NCBI GenBank assembly: GCA_964016885.1
Contig: OZ024740.1
Coordinates: 62,001-126,000, forward strand
DNA length: 64,000 nt
Origin: Eledone cirrhosa
Taxonomy: Eukaryota
Direction: 5' to 3'
Under the pieces are notes generated by a model. The model worked only from the letters and a program-made list of their open reading frames with translations. It was not told the origin of the DNA and did no database searches. Every line of letters begins with the position of its first letter. Within the stretch, counting starts at the first letter, position 1. Both the position numbers and the translations under genes were made by a program. Below are positions 1 to 13,280 of this stretch, in pieces.

Positions 1-1247
1 CTGGCTATGGGGTCCTTTAGCTTCCATATTTTTCTCCTGAGGATAGTCCTCTTCTGTTGTCTAGTCCGTCTCGTCCTGACTATTAGGTCGCTAATTATCA
101 GTCTATGTTGGGAGGTGAATTCTTCATGGGGGTGGGATTTAGTGTTAACAACAGACACTCTGTCATGTCTTCTGGTAAGGATATAATCTACCTGGCTTGT
201 GTGTTCCCCTGATCTATAGGTGATCAAGTGATTGTCTCGTTTTTTGAAGTTAGTGTTACAGATAGTTAAGTTATTTGCGTCGCAGAATTCCAGGATTCTG
301 GAGCCTTCCTCATTTCTAGTACCGAACCCATAGCCTCCATGGATTCCATCATAGCCATCACAATGTTGTCCAACGTGACCAGTTAGATCGCCTGCAATAA
401 CTATATAGTCACTGTCGGTTATTTGGGAGGTAGCGAGCATCAGTATCTAGTAGAATCTGTCTTTTATAGCGCCGGGCAGTCCGGATTGGGGTGCGTACGC
501 AGATATTACTGTCACCGTAGTTTTATTGAGGACAAGTCTTATTTTAATTATTCTGTCGTTCACTCTATTTACGTCTATTATCTTATCTGCCCACTTTTCT
601 GCTACCATGATTCCTACCCCACCCAACCCATTGTCATTTCCCACCCAGAAAAGCTTATAGCATCGTTCTTTACCCACGATGAATCTAGCCGACCCTCCCC
701 TCCACCTGGTCTCTTGAATACAACAAACATCGACCTCCTTACGTTCAAGCATTTCTACAACCTCGTTAGAGCGACCCTTTAAGGTGCCTACATTCATGGT
801 ACCAACTCTGAAGTTTTGGATTGCGTTTGCAGAGTGGGAGCGGTGGGGCGCGGGGGGGGGGGGGATGGGGTTATGTTAGCCATCCTGGGCCGAAACAAGG
901 AGGAGTGCTTGCATTCTCGTCCACGAGGTGAATTTGGCTTTATCTTTGGCATTGTCGCTGAGCGTCCACATTTTTCTCTCTTCAACTCTCCAGAATTCCG
1001 TAGTCCATCCATCATATCGAAAAGCCACCAGTTAAGCGATAGTATGGGCCTCTGACTTATGATTGGTCCACGTAATAATGGTGGTGCGTGGGGGCGGGAG
1101 GGAGGGATGATGGGTTGTTAGCGAGAATGTAAGGTTTAAGATAAGATCGCCGTATTTTGGGCATAATTTAACAATAAACGAAAATACAAGATTTGTTTTG
1201 TTTAAGAAATACGATAGAGAAAATGCGGTGATAGGGAAAATATTTGT
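1..1247 (-). mobile_element. RTE-clade LINE, family B: 5' UTR and APE endonuclease start, disrupted; continues beyond the window start
   Basis: ORFs 794..1015 and 447..797 give NVGTLKGRSNEVVEMLERKEVDVCCIQETRW...SAYAPQ, closely matching ORF 30665..32566; broken by a frameshift and a stop. Confidence 0.9.
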
Positions 1248-1320
1248 TTATATATATGTATATATATATATATATGTATATATATATGTATATATATATA
1301 TATATGTATATATATATGTG

Positions 1321-1353
<33 letters not shown>

Positions 1354-1392
1354 GTATATATATATGTGTATATATATATATATGTGTATATA

Positions 1393-1453
<61 letters not shown>

Positions 1454-1471
1454 GTGTATATATATATATAT

Positions 1472-1503
<32 letters not shown>

Positions 1504-1763
1504 GTATATATATGTATATGTATATATGTATATATATGTATATGTATATATATGTATATGTATATATATGTATATATATATATATGTATATATATATGTA
1601 TATATATATATGTATATATATATGTATATGTATATATATGTATATGTATATATATGTATATATATATATGTATATATATGTATATGTATATATATGTATA
1701 TATATGTATATGTATATATATGTATATATATATATGTATATATATGTATGTATATATATATGT
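1248..1763. repeat. (TA)n/(TATATG)n compound microsatellite
   Basis: Direct inspection; source of spurious YI-repeat ORFs. Confidence 0.98.
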
Positions 1764-2347
1764 ATCATCATCATCATCACCGTTTTACGTCCGTTCTTCC
1801 ACGCTAGCATGGGTTAGACGGGTTGTCCTGTTGTGGGCAGTGTCTGGTCGGCTGACCATGCCTTGCTCATACAGGAACTGATCTGGCTTGATTTCTACAG
1901 CTGGATGCCCTTCTTAACACCAACCTCATTTACAGTGAGTGCTGGGTGCTTTTTCGTGGCGCCTACACATCCACTTTACAGTGTGGGCTGGGTGCTTTTT
2001 TGCCGTGGCACCTCCACGACCACCTTGCGGTGGGGGGAGTGGGGGCATATTGTTTATATGCTTCAGCATGTACCCATGGGAGGTCGGGTACCCTGTATTA
2101 CTGCGTGACGCCAGAAGTCACGGTCGTGTGTCATTGTCTTTGAGAGGTGTAGTTGGGTAAGGTCGGCTTTTATCACCTCATCCCAAGTCATCTTGGGTCT
2201 CCCCACTCCGCGGTTTCCATCAACTTCTAGTGCTCTGCACCTTTTTATGCAGCTGTCATCTTCATACGCATCACATGTCCATACCAGCATAACCGCCTCT
2301 CCTGCACGCAGCATTTGATTCCTCTTATGCTCAGTCTCTCTCTCAAT
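1764..2347 (-). mobile_element. RTE LINE family A, 5'-truncated 3' fragment with (ATG)n tail
   Basis: Nearly identical to 17764-18356; encodes DDSCIKRCRALEVDGNRGVGRPKMTWDEVIKAD. Confidence 0.92.
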
Positions 2348-2440
2348 GTATATATATATATATGTACATGTATATATATGTATATGTATATATATGTATA
2401 TGTATATATATGTATATGTATATATATGTATATGTATGTA

Positions 2441-5400
2441 TATTAACTTCGGATATTTACCATGCGGTATTCTAATTCTATCGTATCTCTCTCGGTTATT
2501 TACCATGCGACCTTCAGTGCCCCCCCCCCTCTCTATGCCTCTCTCTAGGATTACTACCCTATCTCTACCTATTCAACCCCATTCATCTTGAAACTATTGA
2601 AGAGATAAGACACTTTTCCCCTTATCTGCTAAAATGTATCATTAGAGTTGATTTCATTTCGTTCCAGCCACCCATCCATACAAATTTTCGAAGGTATCTT
2701 AGTTTTTATGACGTTATTATTGTTAATATTACTGCTGTATTAACTTCGGATATTTACCATGCGGTATTCTAATTCTATCGTATCTTTCTCGGTTATTTAC
2801 CATGTGACCCTCAGTGCCTACCTCACAATTTCCCTCCCACCACCATAGCCTATTCGACCAATCAAACCTCAGCATGCCATTTCCACGGCTGCTGCTACTA
2901 CTACCTAACTAACTCTCTCCTCCTCTAGCGCAGCCCAACACACCCTGCCATTATCCCACCACCACTGTTCTTCTAGCCTTCAATTTTCCCACCGTTATGG
3001 ATGGATGAGCTGAGAATAAATTTGAGCAGCTCTGAATCAATAGATGAAATATGAATCTGCGAGCTACCAAGCACCCACGTGAAGCGCCAACCCAGAGACC
3101 CTCCCCGACGAGTGTCGACAAATGCCCAAAACTCCGAGTTGGTACCATCAATGTAGGCTCAATGAAAGGAAGAGCAGGAGAAATCGTAGAAATGCTAGAG
3201 CGAAAGGAAGTTGATGTATGCTGTGTGCAAGAGACTAGATGGAGAGGAGGGTCTGCTAGAGTCCTCGTAGGAAAAAGTCGGTGCTACAAATTTTTCTGGG
3301 TGGGAAATGACGATGGGATGGGTGGTGTAGGTATACTACTAGCTGACAAGTGGGTAGATAAAGTAATCTCAGTGTACAGGGTAAATGCAAGAATCATTAA
3401 ACTCAGACTAGTCCTGAATAAAACAATTACCACAATAATATCAGCTTATGCACCCCAGTCGGGGCTGCCAGACGAACTTAAGGATAGGTTTTACGAGTCC
3501 CTAATAAACACTACTGCTCTAACAGACGACAAGTACTTCCTAATCATCGCAGGAGATTTTAACGGACACATAGGTAAACACTGCGACGGCTTCAATAGAG
3601 TACATGGAGGCCATGGGGTTGGCACAAGGAATGAGGAAGGATTCAGACGAACCCGGAAACAGAGGCCAACCTGGAGAAGAAAGATCTGGAAGCTGAAAGT
3701 CCCCTCAACCAGTAACAGATTTAGACTTCTAGAATTCTGCGACGCCAATGACATGTCGATATGTAACACAAACTTTAAAAAACCCGACAACCACCTGATC
3801 ACCTATAGATCAGGGGAGCACTCTAGTCAGTTAGATTTTATCCTCATCAGAGGACGTGACAGATGGACGGTCGTAAACACAAAAGCCTTCCCTAGTGAGG
3901 AATGTACATCCCAACATAGCTTAGTTGTCAGCGACCTCACGGTCAGAACTAGACGAACCCGGAAACAGAGGCCGACCTGGAGAAGAAAGATCTGGAAGCT
4001 GAAAGTCCCCTCAACCAGTAACAGATTTAAAGATATTTTACTCAACGCCTACGACAGTAAAGAAGAACAGATAGAGACATTTAACGTAGAAGAGAACTGG
4101 GAGTTCCTAAAAAATAACTTACTAGAGGCGACGGATGAGGTTTGTGGCTGGAGTAAGACCTCAAGCAGGAGGAGAGTGACTTGGTGGTGGAACAATAAGG
4201 TAGATGAAGCAGTCAAGGCCAAGAGACAGGCATGGAAAGAATGGAAGAACAGGGGGAGCAGGGTACATTACATAGAGACCAAGAGGGAAGCTAGGCGACA
4301 AGTATACTTAGCTAGGAGGCAAGCAGAGGATAGAAAATTCAAGCATGTTTTACAACGTGAGGACCAGAAACAGGAGGTATTCAAGATTGCGAGGCAGTGT
4401 GTCAGAGATAGTTGTGATGTCATTGGAGAGAAGTGTATCCGGAATGATAAAGGTGAGCTTGCCCTCACAAGTGCTGAGAAGAAAGATGCATGGAAGAGTC
4501 ATTATGATAGATTACTAAATGAGGAGAATGCATGGGAAGAAGAGACCCTACCCCATGTAGACCCTATAGAGGGACCAGCAGTACAAGTCAGCGGCAGCGT
4601 AGTAAGTAAGGCAATCAGAGATATGAAGATAGGGAAGGCAACCGGTCCATCGGGTATAGCTGCCGAGATGCTGAAGGCATCTGGGTCTGTAGGTCACACT
4701 ATAACCACACGTATCGTTAACCAGGTAATACTAGAAGGGGCCATACCAAAAGATTGGTGCAGTAGCATCATTGTTAACTGCTACAAAGGTAAAGGCGATG
4801 CACTAGATAGAGGAAACTATAGAGGTATAAAGTTGATGGACCAGGTCATGAAAGTAACAGAAAGTGTTATGGCACAGCTTATTAGGGACCGGGTGAAAAT
4901 AGACGAGATGCAATTTGGGTTTGTACCAGGAAGAGGCACCACTGATGCCCTCTTCCTTGTGAGGCAATTACAGGAAAAGTACCTAGCTAAAAGTAAGCCA
5001 CTCTACTTGGCATTTGTCGACCTTGAGAAAGCCTTTGACAGAGTTCCACGTGCTGTAATCTGGTGGGCTCTTAGAAAACTAGGAGTAGATGAATGGCTTG
5101 TGAAAGCGGTACAAGCCATGTATAGGGGAGCAGTCAGCAAAGTTAGGATTAGCAATGAGTATAGCGAGGAATTTAGCGTACAGGTTGGGGTCCACCAGGG
5201 CTCTGTTCTTAGCCCTCTCCTGTTCATCATAGTCCTGCAGGCAATAACGGAGGAGTTTAAGACCGGATGCCCATGGGAACTCCTGTATGCTGATGACTTC
5301 GCACTCATAGCTGAATCTATGGTAGAACTAGAGAATATATTCCAAACCTGGAAGCAGGGACTAGAAAGAAAGGGTCTCAAAGTCAGCATGACAAAGACTA

Positions 5401-6548
5401 AGGTCCTTGTAAGTAGACGAGAAAACAGAACCCAGATCCCCTCAGGGAAATGGCCTTGCTCAGTATGTAGGAAAGGTGTAGGTAGGAACTCCATTCTCTG
5501 CCCCAAATGCAAACAATGGGTACACAAGAGATGTAGCGGGATCTCAGGAAGCTTAATTAAGAATGTAGGATTCACATGCAGCAGCTGTGCTGAGACAGCA
5601 AGCAGCAAACAGCCACAGGAAACAAGTACCACCAATCTCTGGGAAGGCCCTGTAGAAACAGTAGACAGCTTCTGCTACCTAGGTGACCGAATTAGCAACG
5701 GAGGTGGGTGTTCAGAAAGTACAATAACTAGGGTAAGAACGGGATGGAAGAAGTTTAGGGAACTACTACCACTGCTAGCTGCAAAAGGCTTCTCCCTCAG
5801 AATGAAAGGCAGACTGTATGATGCGTGTATCCGAACAGCGATGTTGCATGGTAGTGAGACCTGGGCGCTGAAGGTGGAAGGCTTACGTAGATTAGTGAGA
5901 AACGAAGCCTGCATGCTCCGATGGATGTGTAACAGTAATATATGTGAACGACAAAGCATAAATGAATTGAGAGAGAGACTGAGCATAAGAGGAATCAAAT
6001 GCTGTGTGCAGGAGAGGCGGTTGCGCTTGTATGGACATGTGATGCGTATGAAGGATGACAGCTGCATAAAAAGGTGCAGAGCACTAGAAGTTGATGGAAA
6101 CCGCGGAGTGGGGAGACCCAAGATGACCTGGTATGAGGTGATAAAAGCCGACCTTACCCAATTACACCTCAAAGTCAATGACACACGACCGTGACTTCTG
6201 GCGTCACGCAGTAATACAGAGTACCCGACCTCCCATGGGTACAAGCTGAAGCATATAGACAATATGCCCCCACACCCCCACCGCAAGGTGGTCGTGGAGG
6301 TGCCACGGCAAAAAAGCACCCAGCCCACACTGTAAAGTGGACGTGTAGGCGCCACGGAAAAGCACCCAGCACTCACTGTAAGTGAGGTTGGTGTTAGGAA
6401 GGGCATCCAGCTGTAGAAATCAAGCCAGATCAGTTCCTGTATGAGTAAGGCATGGTCAGCCGACCAGACACTGCCCACAACAGGAGAACCCGTCTAACCC
6501 ATGCTAGCGTGGAAGAACGGACGTAAAACGGTGATGATGGTGATGATG
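2441..6548 (+). mobile_element. RTE LINE family A, near full length
   Basis: Tandem-repeat 5' region, single APE-RT ORF, 3' UTR ending GGACGTAAAACGGTGATGATG; flanked on both sides by TA microsatellite. Confidence 0.95.
3051..6194 (+). CDS. RTE polyprotein (APE endonuclease, reverse transcriptase, PHD-like finger) with a 26-aa duplication and a C-terminal frameshift
   Basis: GTINVGSM, CVQETRW, SAYAPQ, AGDFNGH (APE); QFGFVPG, FVDLEKAFD, GVHQGSVLSPLLF, LLYADD (RT). A 2-nt deletion near 6170 relative to the 18070..21189 copy truncates the C-terminus. Confidence 0.93.
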   Translation: MNLRATKHPREAPTQRPSPTSVDKCPKLRVGTINVGSMKGRAGEIVEMLERKEVDVCCVQETRWRGGSARVLVGKSRCYKFFWVGNDDGMGGVGILLADKWVDKVISVYRVNARIIKLRLVLNKTITTIISAYAPQSGLPDELKDRFYESLINTTALTDDKYFLIIAGDFNGHIGKHCDGFNRVHGGHGVGTRNEEGFRRTRKQRPTWRRKIWKLKVPSTSNRFRLLEFCDANDMSICNTNFKKPDNHLITYRSGEHSSQLDFILIRGRDRWTVVNTKAFPSEECTSQHSLVVSDLTVRTRRTRKQRPTWRRKIWKLKVPSTSNRFKDILLNAYDSKEEQIETFNVEENWEFLKNNLLEATDEVCGWSKTSSRRRVTWWWNNKVDEAVKAKRQAWKEWKNRGSRVHYIETKREARRQVYLARRQAEDRKFKHVLQREDQKQEVFKIARQCVRDSCDVIGEKCIRNDKGELALTSAEKKDAWKSHYDRLLNEENAWEEETLPHVDPIEGPAVQVSGSVVSKAIRDMKIGKATGPSGIAAEMLKASGSVGHTITTRIVNQVILEGAIPKDWCSSIIVNCYKGKGDALDRGNYRGIKLMDQVMKVTESVMAQLIRDRVKIDEMQFGFVPGRGTTDALFLVRQLQEKYLAKSKPLYLAFVDLEKAFDRVPRAVIWWALRKLGVDEWLVKAVQAMYRGAVSKVRISNEYSEEFSVQVGVHQGSVLSPLLFIIVLQAITEEFKTGCPWELLYADDFALIAESMVELENIFQTWKQGLERKGLKVSMTKTKVLVSRRENRTQIPSGKWPCSVCRKGVGRNSILCPKCKQWVHKRCSGISGSLIKNVGFTCSSCAETASSKQPQETSTTNLWEGPVETVDSFCYLGDRISNGGGCSESTITRVRTGWKKFRELLPLLAAKGFSLRMKGRLYDACIRTAMLHGSETWALKVEGLRRLVRNEACMLRWMCNSNICERQSINELRERLSIRGIKCCVQERRLRLYGHVMRMKDDSCIKRCRALEVDGNRGVGRPKMTWYEVIKADLTQLHLKVNDTRP

Positions 6549-6559
6549 TATATATATGT

Positions 6560-6584
6560 ATATGTATATATACGTATATGTATA

Positions 6585-6624
<40 letters not shown>

Positions 6625-6625
6625 C

Positions 6626-6656
<31 letters not shown>

Positions 6657-6657
6657 C

Positions 6658-6704
<47 letters not shown>

Positions 6705-7079
6705 AAAATACGTATTTAAGAAAGCCACAACAATGCAAAGGGAAATCTCGAGGTAGGAAGTGAAATATAGATAGGAAAAACAGGTGAAAGTGAAAGTTGA
6801 GAGAGACAAAGATGAAAACAAAACAAAGGTAGAAGGGTTACCGTAGTAGAGATTTAATCCCAATATTTCGGGCTCACGCCCATCAACTTTTCCCCCGTTG
6901 ATAGGCGTGAGCCCGAAATATTGGGATTAAATCTCTACTACGGTAACCCTTCTACCTTTGTTTTGTTTTCATCTTTGTCTCTCTCAACTTTCACTTTCAC
7001 CTGTTTTTCCTATCTATATTTCACTTCCTACCTCGAGATTTCCCTTTGCATTGTTGTGGCTTTCTTAAATACGTATTTT

Positions 7080-7126
<47 letters not shown>

Positions 7127-7127
7127 G

Positions 7128-7181
<54 letters not shown>

Positions 7182-7183
7182 TG

Positions 7184-7200
<17 letters not shown>
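6560..7200. repeat. Fold-back palindrome: about 185-bp unique arms plus mirrored microsatellite, 9-nt spacer
   Basis: 6703-6887 is the reverse complement of 6897-7081 with one mismatch near the centre; ORFs 6504..6863(-) and 6921..7562(+) have identical N-termini. Confidence 0.95.
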
Positions 7201-7256
<56 letters not shown>

Positions 7257-7415
7257 GTATACATGTATATGTATATATATGTATACATGTATATGTATAT
7301 ATATGTATATATATATGTATATATGTATATATATATGTATATATGTATATATATATGTATATATGTATATGTATATATGTATATGTATATATGTATATAT
7401 ATATATATATGTATG

Positions 7416-7446
<31 letters not shown>

Positions 7447-7503
7447 ATATATATGTATATATATATGTATGTATATATATATGTATATATATATATACAT
7501 ATA
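7081..7503. repeat. (TA)n/(TATATG)n microsatellite
   Basis: Direct inspection. Confidence 0.97.
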
Positions 7504-7538
7504 TGGTGCTACTGGTAACATGTATCCCAGTACAACCT

Positions 7539-8153
7539 ACTAGAGATGCCTACTGGCTGTAGTAGGTTTTACTTTGTATTTAGGTAAGGCGGGTCTTCTC
7601 TATTACTGAGTACCGCCAAAGGTCTCGGTCCAGTGACATTGTCTTGGAGAGGTGTAAGTGTGTGAAGTCAGAATTTATCAGCTCGTCCCAGGTTTTTCTG
7701 GGTCTGCCTACTCCGTAGCTACCGTCTATCTTTATTGCCCTGCACTTTATTGCCCTGCACTTTTTTATACAGCTGTCGTCTTTCATGCGCATCACGTGAC
7801 CATACCAACATAGCCTTCTCTCGAGTAAACAACATCTGATCCCTCTTATTTCTAATTTTTTCCTTAGTTCACTTATGCTTTGCCGTTCACGTATGTTACT
7901 ATTACACATCCAGCGGAGCATGCAAGCTTCGTTCCTCTCTAGTCTGCGTATATCCTCTGCACACAATGCCCAGGTCTCACTGCCATGCAGCATTGCTGTT
8001 CGTATGCAAGCATCATACAACCTGCCTTTCATTCTTAGGGAGAACCCTTTAGCGGCTAATAGTGGTATAAGCTCTCTGAACTTTTTCCAACCAGTTCTGA
8101 CTCTAGCTACTGTACTTTCAGAGCACCCTCCCCCACTGCTGATTTTGTCACCC
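7539..8153 (-). mobile_element. RTE LINE family B, fragment of the RT C-terminus lacking the 3' tail
   Basis: ORF 7580..8155 [27 protein letters not shown]...KTRLT; contains a 15-bp tandem duplication ([10 protein letters not shown]). Confidence 0.92.
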
Positions 8154-10168
<2,015 letters not shown>

Positions 10169-10315
10169 ATATATATGTATATATATATGTATATATATGT
10201 ATATATGTATATATATGTATATGTATATATATGTATATATATATATATATGTATATATATGTATATGTATATATATGTATTTATATATATGTATATATAT
10301 ATATATATATATATA

Positions 10316-10777
10316 CAAGACAATGTCACTGGACCGAGACCTTTGGCGGTACTCAGTAACAGAGAAGACCCGCCTTACCTAAATATATAGTAAAACCTAC
10401 TCCAGCCAGTAGGCATCTCTAACAAAATACACCCCGTCCCACCACCCCCACCCCCACCCGATCCACACCACCCCGTTCTATGTAAAGTTATGTTGGTGCC
10501 GCGCCTTCGAGGCCGAAACAAATGAGATCGTGTAGGTGTCACGACAAAAAAACACACAGTCCACGCTGTAATGTGGCCGTGTAGGCAACACGGTAAAAAC
10601 CTCCCAGACCCACACTGTAAATGTGGTTGGTGTTAGGAAGGGCATCCAACTGTAGAAAACCTGCCAGACAGTCCTATGCGAGCAAGACAATCACTCTTGC
10701 CTCAAGTGGGACTACCCCCGTCCAAACCCATGCAAGCGTGGAACACGGACGTTAAACGTTGATGATGATGATGATGA

Positions 10778-10780
<3 letters not shown>
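10316..10780 (+). mobile_element. RTE LINE family B, 3' end fragment with (GAT)n tail
   Basis: Nearly identical to 24216-24681; [21 protein letters not shown] followed by the 3' UTR. Confidence 0.92.
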
Positions 10781-10821
<41 letters not shown>

Positions 10822-10902
10822 TTGTATATATATGTATATATATATATATATGTATATATATGTATATGTATATATATGTATATGTATATATATGTATTTA
10901 TA

Positions 10903-10976
<74 letters not shown>

Positions 10977-10983
10977 TATATGT

Positions 10984-11598
10984 GTCAGGTCACCAGTTGG
11001 TGCTACTGGTAACATGTATCCCAGTACAACCTGTCCCATGGTCGGGTCGTTGGCGACTAAACTGGCAACCCCACCAAGGTTTCTTGGTGAGGAGGGTGAC
11101 TTTGGACATCCTGCAGGACTAAAAACAAAACCTGTCAAAGGGCAAAGGAGCTCTTTAGAGTCAATGGCCATCCCAAATCACTGGTAGAGATGACCCCTTA
11201 GCCTTTGTCAAGGCAGAATTCTAGGAGAAGGAAAACTCTGATATAACACCTGCGACCCTGATGGTATCCAATGATGTTGACTTGTTCTTCTTTTTGGTAA
11301 ATATTATCTTGGTTAAGAGAGTGGGACTGGCTTTGTGCAGTGCCTTTGCTCACTATAAAAGCTTCACGGCACAGGCATTGCTTTATATCTGGATATCTCT
11401 GATCTCTCTGCACTTGTCGTCACATGGTACCATGGGCCCAGCACTATGTGTCAATAATTGTCACAGGTGTAGTGTTTGTACCAGAGTTTTCAAGTCGCTG
11501 GCTGGACTAAAAAGTCACACTCGTTCAGCGCATTGGTAGGGGTTCTCCTACATGGATATAAAGTAGTGGCCGTACTCGAAAATGAGTTGGCAGCCACC
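10984..11598 (+). mobile_element. Internally deleted or rearranged RTE/BovB-type element (5' segment, C-terminal C2H2 finger, 3' end)
   Basis: 3' part encodes [25 protein letters not shown]-stop, a C2H2 finger of the kind ending BovB-type RTE ORFs; the 5' part has a diverged homologue at about 53228-53385. Confidence 0.6.
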
Positions 11599-11653
11599 AT
11601 ATATATATGTATGTATATATATATATGTATATATATGTATATGTATATATATG

Positions 11654-11688
<35 letters not shown>

Positions 11689-11693
11689 GTATA

Positions 11694-11740
<47 letters not shown>

Positions 11741-11745
11741 GTATA

Positions 11746-11804
<59 letters not shown>

Positions 11805-11830
11805 ATATATGTATATATATATATACACGT

Positions 11831-11908
<78 letters not shown>

Positions 11909-11973
11909 GTATATATATATGTATATATATATGTATATATATATGTATATATATGTATATATATATATGTATG

Positions 11974-12020
<47 letters not shown>

Positions 12021-12045
12021 GTATATATATATATGTATATATATG

Positions 12046-12080
<35 letters not shown>

Positions 12081-12081
12081 G

Positions 12082-12126
<45 letters not shown>

Positions 12127-12135
12127 GTATATATA

Positions 12136-12168
<33 letters not shown>

Positions 12169-12193
12169 ATGTATATATGTATATGTATATATA

Positions 12194-12226
<33 letters not shown>

Positions 12227-12259
12227 ATGTATATATGTATATGTATATATATGTATATG

Positions 12260-12290
<31 letters not shown>

Positions 12291-12440
12291 GTATATATAT
12301 GTATATATATGTATATATATATATGTGTATATATATGTATATATATATGTGTATATATATGTATATATATATGTGTATATATATGTATATATATATGTAT
12401 ATATATATGTGTATATATATATGTATATATATATGTATAT
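11599..12440. repeat. (TA)n/(TATATG)n microsatellite
   Basis: Direct inspection. Confidence 0.98.
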
Positions 12441-13280
12441 TTTAAATCGACAGTAATCGGATTTCTGTATGGCTTTAATGTTTCAGAGGACAAGGAAAAC
12501 ATACAAAAAAGATAAGTTTTTGTGCTTTGACGCAATTATTTTGAAGTATATTTTACATATATTACCGTTTTAAACATGTTTATTTTCACTGTGTGATACC
12601 TTCATAGGAGACAACACACACACGTGCTTTCTATCTTTCTATTTTTCTTGACTACCATACAGAGCATACGTAATCTAATTCTAGTTTAACTTAAACAGAT
12701 CTTGTATTATTTTGATTTTTCTGAGTAACATAATTTAATTTAATATAATCTTATTTGTTTTTGACTCTTGTTTCTTGTTTGATATGTTGATATTACAATA
12801 ACTTCGTATATTTGTAAACAAACATTTAGATTCAACTTATATACAACTTACATCGTGTTTCTATATCTCTATGATTCCGGTTTCTTCCATTCATTAATTT
12901 AATTTAAAATTTATTTTTATATTTATGAACTGCTATTGCTCACGCTGTCTCTATCTCTCTCCTTCCTTCCTCTCTCTCTCTCTCCCTCTCTCTCTCTCTA
13001 GATCAACGAGCTCTCTCTCTCCCTCTCCCTCTCTAGATCAACGAGCTCTCTCTCTCCCCCTCTCTCTCTATCTCCTCTCTCTCCCTCTGACCTTCCCCCT
13101 CCCACTCTTCCCGCTATCTCTCTCGCTCCCCTCTTCTCTCTCTCTCCCCCTTTTATTTTATTTTCTTCTGTTTCTCTTTCTTTTTCTCACTGGAGTTATA
13201 TCTCTATCTCCCTCCCTCCCTCCCTCTCTAACCTCTACCCTATACTTCCCACTGTCTCTCTTTCTCTCCTCCACAGCGAA

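Noticed and set aside
5003-6478. Antisense ORFs over RTE RT regions (also 18686..19315 and 29945..30388)
   Set aside because: Shadow ORFs of the coding strand, repeated only because the elements are copies.
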